Positions 1-8,365 of a stretch of 64,000 nucleotides of DNA are shown in pieces. A program made the translations under genes and the position numbers. This stretch comes from Kiritimatiellia bacterium (GTDB taxonomy: Bacteria > Verrucomicrobiota > Kiritimatiellia > RFP12 > UBA1067), in contig JAGCVN010000118.1 in assembly GCA_017962315.1 (NCBI GenBank), positions 492-64,491 of the forward strand, written 5' to 3'. The notes below the pieces were generated by a model. It had not been told where the DNA came from. It did not search any database and worked only from the letters and a program-made list of their open reading frames with translations. Position 1 is the first letter of the stretch, and every line of letters starts with the position of its first letter.

Positions 1-2227
1 TGACGTCCCGGAGTTCTTGCCAACTTCCGTCCGACTGCCGTGCAAGGAGACGCCAGGCAACCGGAGGTCTACAATTTCCGCGTCCCGTGTCATCAAACCA
101 AGTCGCCACCGAGCGCGTAAACGTCACCGGCTTCCCGAAGTCGTACTGGATCCATTCCTCGCTGTTCTTGTGCGGCCAGAAATCGAAGTTGCCCGACGCG
201 GATTCGCCGTCGTTGATCGCCGTAAGCGGCATCTCTGCCCGGTGGAACGAGACGGTCGCCTTGGCGAAACATCCTTTGTGCAGTCCCGCTTTTTCGGCGT
301 CTTCAGTCATCCACACCATCGACCTGGTCGCGCCCCGGTTGAGGCGTGCATAGTTCGGAATCGCGACCGCGCCGTTCCCCCCTTTGATCGCGACGAGGCC
401 GTCGCAAAGATCCGGCATCCAGAAAGGCCGGAACGTCGCGTCGGGCGCGACGAGCATCCCCGCCAGCGGTACGGGCTGATCCCTCTGTTCGAAACTGTAC
501 ACGACCGGTCCCCGCTGGAACGCGACACGGCCCCGATTCGCCGCGACGCGCGCGTCGCAGCGGATCCGCTGCACCGGCATCGGGAAAGAAAATGAAAGCA
601 CGTCGCCCGGCTTCCACGTGCGCGTGACGCGGGCATAACCGCCGCGAACATCCGCCGGGGCCAATCCACCGTTCACCTCGACCGTGAACCGCCCCTTGGT
701 ATCCGGTTCCGCCCGGTAGAGTGTACTTTCCGTGCGGTCGGGTATACGCAGGGCGACAGTGAACGAGACCGGTTTTTCCGGCAAAAGCTCGAACACGGCC
801 TTCCCCTCCCACGGATAGTCGGTACGCTGGCGGATTGACAAGGAGGCGCCCGCCACGTTACCGACACGCCCCTCGAGTGCGAGGAAGTGGTTGACGTACA
901 GCGTCCTGCCGTCCACCCCAAGGGAGTACGCGAGATCTTTCAGTGCGAAGAGCGTGCGAGGGATATTCCCCACACAGCATGGGCAACCGTGCCAAGGATA
1001 GCGGGGGGTTGAACTGTCAAGCGGGTTCTGGTAATAAAAATTACGACCGTCCTCCGAGATCGCCCCAAGAAGGTTGTTGTACATCAACCGTTCCTGAACG
1101 GCCATCGTCCAGGCGTCGCCGTGGCGCTTGTGCTGTTCGGCCGCCCAGAAACTCATGCCGCACGAGGCACACGATTCACAGTATCCCGTCTGGTTGCCGA
1201 GTTTGTAGTCGCCGGCGAACGCCTCGTCACGCCACGACCCTCCGACACCGCCCGTGATGTATTCCTTCCGGTTGATCGCACTGTCGAAGAGGCGGTCGGA
1301 CGCCGTACCGAGCGCGTCGTCGCCGAGGCGTCCGGCAAGCCCCGACATTGCCGTGTAGAAATAGGTCGCGCGCACGGCGTGTCCCGTCGCGTCTTTCATT
1401 TCTTCGGCGGGACGTTCCGCCTGATGGTAGGCGGCTTTCCAGTGCCCGTTCCCGCCCGACGCCTTGTACTGGTTCCGGATGAAGTGCCGCGCAAGGCGGG
1501 CATACTTGTCGCCTTTACCGGGGCCTTCCGAGGCGTTGACCGCGTCCGCGAGGCGGCAGAGCGCGTATTCAAGGCCGGGATGCCCGTTCAGCCAGATGCG
1601 CTTCGGCGGCGGGCCGAAGACGGAGTCGAGATGATCGGCGCAACGGATGGCCGCGTCATAAAGGCGGCGGTCGCGCCCGTTCGTCATCCGCCAGTGGGCA
1701 ACGCCCATTTCGATAAAATATCCCATCACGTAGAATTCATGGCTCGCGGCATTCGAGAAATGCGGCGCACGGCGGAGGTCGTGGTAGGAATGAATGTAGC
1801 CGGACGGTTCCTGGGCCGAGAGGATGATCGGGATCCATTCCTCGACCTTACCCCGCAGGAACGTCTGCGCCTGCGCGAACGCATACTCGTCCCCCGGATC
1901 GATTTCCAAAGCGAGGCAGATGGCCTCGACCGTATTGTAGGGATAGGCGTCGCTCCACGGACAACCTTTGAATTTGACGGAAGGCTCCTTCCCCGCGAGC
2001 ACTTCGCCTGTCGCGACGAGGTTCAGCAGTTCCTCGCCCCTTCCCCCCGCCTCCATCTCACGGATACAGTGCGGAAGCCAACGGCAAACGAGCCGCCGGT
2101 ACTGGTCGCGCCAAAATCCCGAAATCTTCGCATCCTGCATCACAACCGGACAAACCGCGCCTCCCGCGAACGCAGAAATGGTGCTTACGCTTGCGGCGGC
2201 TATCACCGCCATAATGACCTTCTTCAT
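1..2227 (-). CDS. Glycoside hydrolase family 127 (beta-L-arabinofuranosidase / DUF1680-like), secreted; 3' end runs off the window
   Basis: Absent from the ORF track because no stop lies inside the window. Manual translation from ATG 2227 (AGGAGG just upstream) stays open to position 1 (742 codons). Signal peptide MKKVIMAVIAAASVSTISAFA. GYCESCASC and WHGCPCCVGNIPR match the Glu/Cys zinc-catalytic cluster of GH127. Confidence 0.85.
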   Translation of the reverse strand, partial: MKKVIMAVIAAASVSTISAFAGGAVCPVVMQDAKISGFWRDQYRRLVCRWLPHCIREMEAGGRGEELLNLVATGEVLAGKEPSVKFKGCPWSDAYPYNTVEAICLALEIDPGDEYAFAQAQTFLRGKVEEWIPIILSAQEPSGYIHSYHDLRRAPHFSNAASHEFYVMGYFIEMGVAHWRMTNGRDRRLYDAAIRCADHLDSVFGPPPKRIWLNGHPGLEYALCRLADAVNASEGPGKGDKYARLARHFIRNQYKASGGNGHWKAAYHQAERPAEEMKDATGHAVRATYFYTAMSGLAGRLGDDALGTASDRLFDSAINRKEYITGGVGGSWRDEAFAGDYKLGNQTGYCESCASCGMSFWAAEQHKRHGDAWTMAVQERLMYNNLLGAISEDGRNFYYQNPLDSSTPRYPWHGCPCCVGNIPRTLFALKDLAYSLGVDGRTLYVNHFLALEGRVGNVAGASLSIRQRTDYPWEGKAVFELLPEKPVSFTVALRIPDRTESTLYRAEPDTKGRFTVEVNGGLAPADVRGGYARVTRTWKPGDVLSFSFPMPVQRIRCDARVAANRGRVAFQRGPVVYSFEQRDQPVPLAGMLVAPDATFRPFWMPDLCDGLVAIKGGNGAVAIPNYARLNRGATRSMVWMTEDAEKAGLHKGCFAKATVSFHRAEMPLTAINDGESASGNFDFWPHKNSEEWIQYDFGKPVTFTRSVATWFDDTGRGNCRPPVAWRLLARQSDGSWQELRDV

Positions 2228-2322
2228 CGTTCCTCCTTGTTCCAATGAAAGTATGGAGACACTATACCAGAAATCCCCCTCCGTGTCAAACCGTATGCGC
2301 CCCTTGACGCAATGCGCCCGTT

Positions 2323-3558
2323 GTGAGACACTTGACGGCGATGAACGAGACGGACCGAAAAACAAAAGAAGCAGGAGCGGGAAGGTGCAACGGGCATTGC
2401 GCGCAGTGCCCGCGCCGCGAGGCCTGCCCCGCCCGGAAAGCGGCCGGGGGCTCGCCGATTCTCCTTTCCAAGATGACGCGCGTCGGTTCCTCCCGCAACC
2501 GGGACGGAGTCGGGTTCGCCGTCGATGTCGGCAGCACGACCCTCGCCGCCGCCCTTTACGACCTCCGGACGGGAGACCTCCTGGCCGGCGGGGGGCGGAT
2601 GAATCCGCAAGCTTCCGTGGCGTCGGATGTCATCGGGCGTATTTCGGCGTCGGAACAGCCGGGCGGACTGGAACGGCTTCAGCGGCTCGCGTCGGACGCG
2701 ATCGAGACCCTGCTCGGCGAAACGTGCGCTTCGGCGGGCGTCGCCGCCTCTTCCCTTGCAGACGGGGTCGTGACGGGGAACACCGTCATGCTCCACCTCC
2801 TCACCGGGCGCTCCCCATCCTCCCTCGGACGCGCACCGTTCAACGCCGAATGGCTGGGCGGCTGCGGGAAACCGCTCGCCGGGCGCCCCGTCTGGTTCCC
2901 CCCCTGCCTCGGCGCGTTCGTCGGCGCGGACCTGCTCTGCGCCCTGATTGCCGCCGGTCTCGACCGCGAGGAGGGGCCGGACGCGCTGCTTTGCGACATC
3001 GGGACGAACGCCGAGGTGGCGGTGCGGGCGAACGGGACGGTGTTCGCGACGTCCACCGCGGCTGGTCCCGCCTTCGAGGGGACCGGCGTCAGGGGATCGG
3101 AACTTCTGGACGCCATCGCGGGATTCCTCGCGTCGGGGAAAATCTCGGAAACGGGGGCGAGCGCGCCCGGTTCGCTTGTGCTGGACGACGGCAGAACGCT
3201 CGACAACGCGGACGTCCGCGCCGTCCAAGTGGCGAAAGCGGCCGTCGCGGCGGGTATCTCCGTCATGCTGGACGAAGCGGGGACAAGCGCGGAGGCACTT
3301 TCCGAAATCTTCCTGGCAGGCGGGTTCGGCTGCGGGCTGAACCCTGTTTCCGCCGAGCGGATCGGGATGTTGCCGTCGGCCCCCGGTGCCAAGAAAACGC
3401 CGATCGGGAACGCCGCGTTGACGGGGGCGGCGATCCTGCTGCTCCACCCGGAACGACGGGAGGCCGCGCTGCGGCTGGCCCGGCGTGCACGTCTGGTCGA
3501 ACTTGGAGGAAATTCCGTGTTCGCCGGCCGTTTCATTGACGCAATGATGTTCGAGTAG
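2323..3558 (+). CDS. ASKHA-fold ATP-binding protein, DUF4445 family (RACo C-terminal-like)
   Basis: Motifs FAVDVGSTTLAAALYD, GNTVMLHLL, LCDIGTNAEVAV and STAAGPAFEG are typical of DUF4445. Start is uncertain (2323, 2341 or 2473). Confidence 0.7.
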   Translation: MRHLTAMNETDRKTKEAGAGRCNGHCAQCPRREACPARKAAGGSPILLSKMTRVGSSRNRDGVGFAVDVGSTTLAAALYDLRTGDLLAGGGRMNPQASVASDVIGRISASEQPGGLERLQRLASDAIETLLGETCASAGVAASSLADGVVTGNTVMLHLLTGRSPSSLGRAPFNAEWLGGCGKPLAGRPVWFPPCLGAFVGADLLCALIAAGLDREEGPDALLCDIGTNAEVAVRANGTVFATSTAAGPAFEGTGVRGSELLDAIAGFLASGKISETGASAPGSLVLDDGRTLDNADVRAVQVAKAAVAAGISVMLDEAGTSAEALSEIFLAGGFGCGLNPVSAERIGMLPSAPGAKKTPIGNAALTGAAILLLHPERREAALRLARRARLVELGGNSVFAGRFIDAMMFE

Positions 3559-3619
3559 GATTCTGCAGTCATGCGGAATGACGAGACTCGGACATCTTTC
3601 CCCTTGTTCAAAAAAAAAT

Positions 3620-3648
3620 AGGCAAGCCAGCCGCCCGCGCTTCGCACG
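3620..3648 (+). repeat. 29-nt GC-rich repeat aggcaagccAgccgcccgcgcttcgcacg; second copy at 31586..31614
   Basis: 28/29 identical and in the same orientation. Both copies lie in non-coding DNA at the edges of accessory clusters. This copy is preceded by an A9 run at 3611-3619 (T9 on the minus strand). Confidence 0.7.
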
Positions 3649-3693
3649 AGAATGCACATCAGGGCAAGTTTCTGAAAACAACATGAACAACTT

Positions 3694-3780
3694 AAAACAA
3701 CATGTGGTCCTTCCGCGTACAACCGTGCGCGGTTATGAAAACGCCGCGCGGTTGCGCGGCGAGGGAAGGATGTTGTTTTT
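3694..3780. repeat. 87-nt imperfect palindrome / multi-hairpin element, copy A (inverted partial copy at 36002..36071)
   Basis: Outer arms aaaacaacat (3694-3703) / atgttgtttt (3770-3779) plus ccttcc/ggaagg. Inner hairpins aaccg-tgcg-cggtt and cgccgcg-cggttg-cgcggcg. About 60 of 69 nt match the reverse complement of 36002-36071. Confidence 0.65.
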
Positions 3781-3845
3781 GTATCTTAAGCTTTACAACT
3801 GCCTTATGCGTCAACCATCGCAAGTAAGCATCGCCACAGACAAAA

Positions 3846-3876
3846 GTGGAAGATGCAATTTTTTCTCATCTTCCAC
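3846..3876. terminator. 10-bp perfect stem-loop (gtggaagatg / catcttccac), insulator or terminator-like
   Basis: Arms at 3846-3855 and 3867-3876 with an 11-nt loop. On the minus strand it is followed by TTTTGT. It sits immediately upstream of the predicted ATPase promoter. Confidence 0.35.
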
Positions 3877-3905
3877 TTGACATAGTGCAAGATGTCTGAT
3901 AGACT
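3877..3905 (+). promoter_or_regulatory. Sigma70-like promoter TTGACA-17 nt-TAGACT for the AAA ATPase gene
   Basis: TTGACA at 3877-3882, a 17-nt spacer, then TAGACT at 3900-3905. GGAGAA RBS at 3921-3926 and ATG at 3934. Confidence 0.45.
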
Positions 3906-3933
3906 CTCTTTAAATCTTTTGGAGAAACCAGCG

Positions 3934-5307
3934 ATGCTAATCAACCTCGAAATCGAAAACTGGATGTCCTACAAGGGCAAAGCGGCAATCTCGCTCTCTG
4001 CTTCCCGTGAGCAGCAGCATAGCGAGACGCTTGCGGCATTTCCGCGCCTCAAGATGCGTTTCCTTCCCATCGCCATGATGTTTGGCGGAAATGCAAGCGG
4101 CAAGTCCAATTTCTTCAAAGCCCTTGCATTCTGCAAGTCCTTTGTCCAGTTCGGTATACAGATGCAGCCCGAAGAGCCGATAGCCGTAGAGGCATTCCGC
4201 CTTGACGCCGAAAGCGAATACAAGCCAACTCGATTCTCATTCAGTGTCCTGGTGGGGAATGACATTTATGATTATTCTTTTGCTGCAACAAGACTTCGCG
4301 TTACAGAGGAAAAATTCTCCCGGCGCACATCTCCGGCAAAGGACCTGTCTTATTCGCGGGTTTGGGACAGTAAAAAAGAAACATACGAATTCACTTTTGG
4401 CAAGGCATTTGATACGGATCTTGCACTTGCACAGCTCATATCGCGCAGTGTCCGCGAGAATCAGCTCTACTTGTCCGTCGCCGCCTCACAGAATCTTCTC
4501 GCGCTTCTACCCGTATACAATTGGTTCGCGAAGACACTTAGACTTATTTCACCAGCCCAGAACCATACAACCATCGAAAGATACGCCGACAAATCATGGC
4601 CGGCCTCGGCACGTGTAAGTGAGATGCTTCGCGAATTCGATACTGGCATCGCCGAAATCAGGCGTACGCATATTCAGCGAAGCGAGATCCCAATGCCTCC
4701 GCAATGGGTCGACGACTTCATCCGCCAGACACGCGAGGGCATGACCCTTCGTCTCAATAAGAATGACGAGACGATGCCCTATCTAATCACCCGCCTGAAC
4801 GGGGAACTGATTTTTGAAAAGCTCACGGCATGCCACAGAGCCTCAACCCCAAACGGGGAGACAGCCGAATTCGAACTGTCGCATGAGTCGGAAGGCACGC
4901 AGCGCATCCTCGACCTTCTGCCAGCGCTTGTCGATCTGGAAAGCAACGCGATACCGCATGTATTCGTCATCGATGAAATAGACCTACAGCTCCATACGAT
5001 GGCGACTCAGCGAATCATCGAACTCTTCACAGGTTCGCGGACAAAGGACTCGCGGTCCCAGATTCTTGCAACAACACATGATCTGTTCCTCATGGACCAG
5101 AGCATCCTTCGTCGCGACGAAATGTGGCTGGCCGAGCGCAATCCGCGTACGGAGACCTCAAAACTGGTAAGCGTGAACGACTTCCTTGAAACCCGCACGA
5201 ACCTCGACCTCCGTAAATTCTATCTGTCTGGCAGAATGGGCGGAATCCCTTCTATCCTCACAGGAAAACGTAAATCTGAAAGGAGGCGCGCATACCAATG
5301 CGAATGA
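3934..5307 (+). CDS. AAA_21/AAA_15-type (ABC-like) ATPase of the defence-associated AriA/PtuA/RloA kind
   Basis: N-terminus MLINLEIENWMSYKG, Walker A GGNASGKSNFFKAL, Walker B VFVIDEIDLQLH, then ATTHDLFLMD and the C-terminal FYLSGRMGGIP signature. The track ORF starts at 3892, but the promoter and RBS favour 3934. Lower GC than the flanks. Confidence 0.8.
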   Translation: MLINLEIENWMSYKGKAAISLSASREQQHSETLAAFPRLKMRFLPIAMMFGGNASGKSNFFKALAFCKSFVQFGIQMQPEEPIAVEAFRLDAESEYKPTRFSFSVLVGNDIYDYSFAATRLRVTEEKFSRRTSPAKDLSYSRVWDSKKETYEFTFGKAFDTDLALAQLISRSVRENQLYLSVAASQNLLALLPVYNWFAKTLRLISPAQNHTTIERYADKSWPASARVSEMLREFDTGIAEIRRTHIQRSEIPMPPQWVDDFIRQTREGMTLRLNKNDETMPYLITRLNGELIFEKLTACHRASTPNGETAEFELSHESEGTQRILDLLPALVDLESNAIPHVFVIDEIDLQLHTMATQRIIELFTGSRTKDSRSQILATTHDLFLMDQSILRRDEMWLAERNPRTETSKLVSVNDFLETRTNLDLRKFYLSGRMGGIPSILTGKRKSERRRAYQCE

Positions 5308-5326
5308 CAAGAGTCGACTGAAAAGC

Positions 5327-5363
5327 GACGTCCGAAAGCCGCTACCAACAGCCTTCGGACGTC
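5327..5363 (+). terminator. Perfect 10-bp stem-loop downstream of the ATPase gene (gacgtccgaa / ttcggacgtc)
   Basis: Arms at 5327-5336 and 5354-5363. No clear T-tract, so it may be a terminator, attenuator or processing site. Confidence 0.3.
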
Positions 5364-5498
5364 ATCCGCAGCGGATATGGAATCCTTTGCAGACCATGGC
5401 GGTTGTCAAGAATACCATATCTGCTGCTGGAAGTCAAGTGCGGCTTAGCCGTGTGGCGAGCTGCTTTCATCCAGACCATCCCCCAAAAGGAGGAAATT

Positions 5499-6152
5499 AT
5501 GATCAGCAGACGATACTGCGTATTCAATTCGGATATCCTTGCTGGCGCGGAGTTTACGCCTGGCGAAGAATATCCCAAAGTCAAAGGGACCATCCTATGG
5601 ACGCCGCCTTCGAAAATCAATCCGTTCGACCGAGCTTCCGAGCCGCACGACAAATGCACATGGATGCACTTCCATGTACACGACAGGCGTTTTCGCGCAT
5701 TCTACGGAAAGCCGGAGAAATATCTGCGGCTTCTAAAGGAGTACGGAGGAGTGTTCGGCATCGACCACAGCGTCTATCGGGATATGCCGCTCATCGAGCA
5801 GAAGTACAGCGTGTACTTGAACCGCGCCACGGACTTCTGGTTCGAGAAGAACGGGATTCCCGTCATCAGCAACGTGTCGTGGGGCGACAGCCGCACGTTC
5901 GCGTTTTGCTGCGCGGGCATTCACCAAGGCGTTTCGATCTCTGTTTCTGCCTATGGCTGTACCCGGTCGAAAATCGACAAGGCGTATTTTATCGACGGAT
6001 TCTGTTCCGTCTTGGACACGCTGAAGCCCGTGAACGTGTTTCACCAAGGACGCATTCTCCCCGAAGCACAGGCGTACGCCGACCATGTCGGCGTGCCGCT
6101 CTTCCACATTCCGAGCCGCCGCGAGGAGGTGTTCGCGGAAGGAGGCCGATGA
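5499..6152 (+). CDS. DUF4417-like protein
   Basis: AAAGGAGG RBS before ATG 5499. WMHFHVHDRRFRAFYGKPEKYLRLLKEYGGVFGIDHSVYRDMPLIEQKYSVYLNRATDFWFEKNGIPVISNVSWG resembles my recollection of the DUF4417 consensus. Not verifiable here. Confidence 0.55.
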   Translation: MISRRYCVFNSDILAGAEFTPGEEYPKVKGTILWTPPSKINPFDRASEPHDKCTWMHFHVHDRRFRAFYGKPEKYLRLLKEYGGVFGIDHSVYRDMPLIEQKYSVYLNRATDFWFEKNGIPVISNVSWGDSRTFAFCCAGIHQGVSISVSAYGCTRSKIDKAYFIDGFCSVLDTLKPVNVFHQGRILPEAQAYADHVGVPLFHIPSRREEVFAEGGR

Positions 6153-6556
6153 TGGGCAAGGGAGAACACGGACATTTCGCCGGTACGCAGGGCGCAGACC
6201 CTCACCACAACCTGACCGACAACCTTCCCGCACTGAAGGAGGCATTCAAGTCCACCCCTGAAGGATATTTCGGTACAAAAGGCAGTAGCACCAAAGTACG
6301 GAGAATTTCATCTTCAGACCCGGTGGCAACTGCGAAGAAGTTCTTCGAGATCGCCTCTGCGGGCGGGGTAAAGGATGAAAAAGTCAGTTCTGGAAATGAG
6401 CGTGTCTCAGTGGTCATGAAAGATGGCAGCCGAATAACCATGCGCATCACTTCTTCCTCGGATGGCTCGCCGGCGGTGGATATCGTCGTCTCAAAAGTCT
6501 CAAAAGGTGCAATCAAGGATCAGAAGATCCATTTCACGAAAGGAGAGCAACAATGA
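6149..6556 (+). CDS. Hypothetical 135-aa protein, translationally coupled to the DUF4417 gene
   Basis: ATG 6149-6151 overlaps the upstream TGA 6150-6152 (ATGA). Gly/His-rich N-terminus and a beta-rich C-terminus ending IKDQKIHFTKGEQQ. No family recognised. Confidence 0.55.
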   Translation: MMGKGEHGHFAGTQGADPHHNLTDNLPALKEAFKSTPEGYFGTKGSSTKVRRISSSDPVATAKKFFEIASAGGVKDEKVSSGNERVSVVMKDGSRITMRITSSSDGSPAVDIVVSKVSKGAIKDQKIHFTKGEQQ

Positions 6557-7095
6557 AAATCCGCAACTTCTGCATAACAAACGATGAGAAGGCCGCTCTG
6601 TCCCAGCTTAAGGGCAAGAAGATTGTCGCTCTCGTCAGCACCGGCAGCGAAACCGCCTCGGATGAGGACGTATTTATACGGACAGAAGAATCTGACGTCA
6701 GGTTCCACAACACCGAAAAAGTGCCGCCGTCGTTCGATCCTGATCTTGCGCGGGCGGTGATCGAAGCAGGCCCGATAGGTTCGTTTCGCATATCATGGGC
6801 AAAAAATGAGCCCGAAAATCCGTGGGACGAAACCTATTGGAGTATAATCCGCATCGACAAGATTGTTCGTCGCATTTCCATCTACAATTGCGAAGAAAAT
6901 GATTCCGACTGCGACGGCAACGAGTTCCTCGACAGGGATACTGCCTTGATCGTGTTCCACTTTGACGACGCGTGCCTTGTGCTTCAGCACAATCTCATTT
7001 CGATCATGTGGACGATGTCCTATCAAGACAATCCTGAGGTTGACTTCGACAAATTGTTTGTGATAGACGGAAAAGTCACAAAGGAGGTGCTGTGA
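6553..7095 (+). CDS. Hypothetical acidic 180-aa protein, translationally coupled (possible immunity or partner protein)
   Basis: ATG 6553 overlaps the upstream TGA 6554-6556 (ATGA). Acidic, with no signal peptide or TM segment. No family recognised. Confidence 0.55.
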   Translation: MKIRNFCITNDEKAALSQLKGKKIVALVSTGSETASDEDVFIRTEESDVRFHNTEKVPPSFDPDLARAVIEAGPIGSFRISWAKNEPENPWDETYWSIIRIDKIVRRISIYNCEENDSDCDGNEFLDRDTALIVFHFDDACLVLQHNLISIMWTMSYQDNPEVDFDKLFVIDGKVTKEVL

Positions 7096-7102
7096 CAGAG
7101 AA

Positions 7103-7136
7103 ATCGGGCTGCGTGTAATACTGCACGCAGCCCGAT
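7103..7136. terminator. Bidirectional terminator hairpin between convergent modules
   Basis: Perfect 13-bp arms atcgggctgcgtg (7103-7115) and cacgcagcccgat (7124-7136), placed between the stop at 7095 (+) and the stop at 7190 (-). Confidence 0.6.
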
Positions 7137-7189
7137 GATTTGCCATTTCAATCCAATCTATATGAGATTACGGTACGGAAGAAATCGCG

Positions 7190-8365
7190 TCAACTGTTTC
7201 CCTTGACGCGGTTGTGATGTTTGCAGAGCATCTGGCAGTTCGCCTCCGATGTGTCGCCGCCCTTTGACCATGCCGTGACGTGGTCCGCCTCCATCTCGTT
7301 GAATGCGTAGATGCGCTTGGCGTTCGCATCGTGCGCCAATACGCAGTCGGGGCAGTTTGAAACGCCCTTGGCCTTCGCCTCGTCCGTCTGCCGCTTGTAC
7401 ACCTTGCGGGCAATCTCCGCTCCGAACATCCGCACTTTGAGCAGTTTCCTGTCCGTCTCGCCGCCGAGGACGTACTCGAAGATGTTGCGCCGGGCCTGTA
7501 TCTTGCCGTCGTCCGCGTCGGCGTACAGCGCCTCGACGCGCTCCCACACCTTGTCCGGCGAATAGGGCCTGTCGTGGTACAACTCGTAGAGCCGCCCCCA
7601 TTCAAGCCCGCGCATCTCGGCCTTGACATCCTTGAAAATCCCGTCGATCCACGCAATGACACTCTCGAAGTAATTTGTCAGTTCCGTGATGTCAGGATTG
7701 TGCCGATGGTCTTTCATATACTCCTCTACATTCCCTTTCGACACCCAGTCGAGCGCAACGGCGAGGATTTCCTGCCGTCTCTCGTTTCCCTTCACGTAGG
7801 CTTTCCACGTGTCGATGTTTGAGTTGCCCGAGTTGCTAAACACACTTTTCGCCGCTGTTACGAACGAACCGGAATACACGGCGTTCAAAAGTTCTTGCGG
7901 AGTGAGATCGACACCCGCTATGTTTATGGTCTTGAACCACTGCTTTATCTCACTCTCCGGATCGGGGCCCTCGCCCTCGCAGATGTAGATCGTGAGCGGG
8001 ATGTTCAATATGCGCCCGTGCAGCGATTTGTCGAAGTTGTGCGGATGTCCGTCTTCGTCCATGACAGGCATCTTGCCCGTCACGAACCGTCCGAAGCTCG
8101 TAATGCGCTGTTGGCCGTCCAAAACCTCGTATCGATCTTCGCCTGTCTTGAGGAAGTAGAGAAGCCCAAGCGGATACCCTTTCAAAAGCGACTCAACAAC
8201 GGCTGTGTCGCGTTTCAATTCCTCGTAGATGTAGTTGCGCTGGTATTCGGGTTGTATTACAAGTTTCCCGCCCCAGCCGTTTACGCCCTTGCCCTCAAGC
8301 TTGTTGTAGTAGAATCCCTTGCAGATGTCCCCGACAGTGATGTCGGTGCGAAGTGTGGTTTTCAT
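7190..8365 (-). CDS. DUF262 (ParB-like, GmrSD N-terminal) domain fused to a C-terminal HNH endonuclease
   Basis: N-terminal IQPEYQRNYIY and VLDGQQRITS are hallmark DUF262 motifs. The C-terminal CPDC...ADHVTAWSKGGDTSEANCQMLCKHHNRVKGN is a classical HNH. Confidence 0.85.
   Translation of the reverse strand: MKTTLRTDITVGDICKGFYYNKLEGKGVNGWGGKLVIQPEYQRNYIYEELKRDTAVVESLLKGYPLGLLYFLKTGEDRYEVLDGQQRITSFGRFVTGKMPVMDEDGHPHNFDKSLHGRILNIPLTIYICEGEGPDPESEIKQWFKTINIAGVDLTPQELLNAVYSGSFVTAAKSVFSNSGNSNIDTWKAYVKGNERRQEILAVALDWVSKGNVEEYMKDHRHNPDITELTNYFESVIAWIDGIFKDVKAEMRGLEWGRLYELYHDRPYSPDKVWERVEALYADADDGKIQARRNIFEYVLGGETDRKLLKVRMFGAEIARKVYKRQTDEAKAKGVSNCPDCVLAHDANAKRIYAFNEMEADHVTAWSKGGDTSEANCQMLCKHHNRVKGNS

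Noticed and set aside
1121-2248. 375-aa plus-strand ORF, along with other small ORFs at 17-1338
   Set aside because: It is antisense to, or out of frame with, the GH127 gene, which has an RBS, a signal peptide and catalytic motifs. The composition is Arg/Gly/Pro-rich, as expected for high-GC shadow ORFs.
2224-3722. 488-aa and 347-aa minus-strand ORFs, and the 523-aa plus-strand ORF at 1968-3539
   Set aside because: They overlap the DUF4445 gene in alternative frames. The sequences are low-complexity and Arg/Pro/Gly-rich, with no motifs.
3694-3780. Possible retron msr/msd (a long hairpin flanked by inverted repeats, directly upstream of a PtuA-like ATPase)
   Set aside because: There is no reverse transcriptase gene anywhere in the window and no HNH partner on the same strand. 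I keep it only as an unclassified structured repeat.
3578-3880. The 100-aa ORF here and the 77-aa ORF at 35825-36058 share the peptide GYENAA.LRGE.RML, suggesting a conserved small protein
   Set aside because: The similarity comes from the nucleotide repeat. Of 7 codon differences in the shared part, only 2 are synonymous. There is no RBS, and the region is a palindrome readable in both directions.
5186-6148. 5' part of the 456-aa ORF at 5186-6556
   Set aside because: It runs out of frame across the ATPase 3' end and the whole DUF4417 gene. Only the last 135 codons, from the ATG at 6149 that overlaps the DUF4417 stop, look like a real gene.
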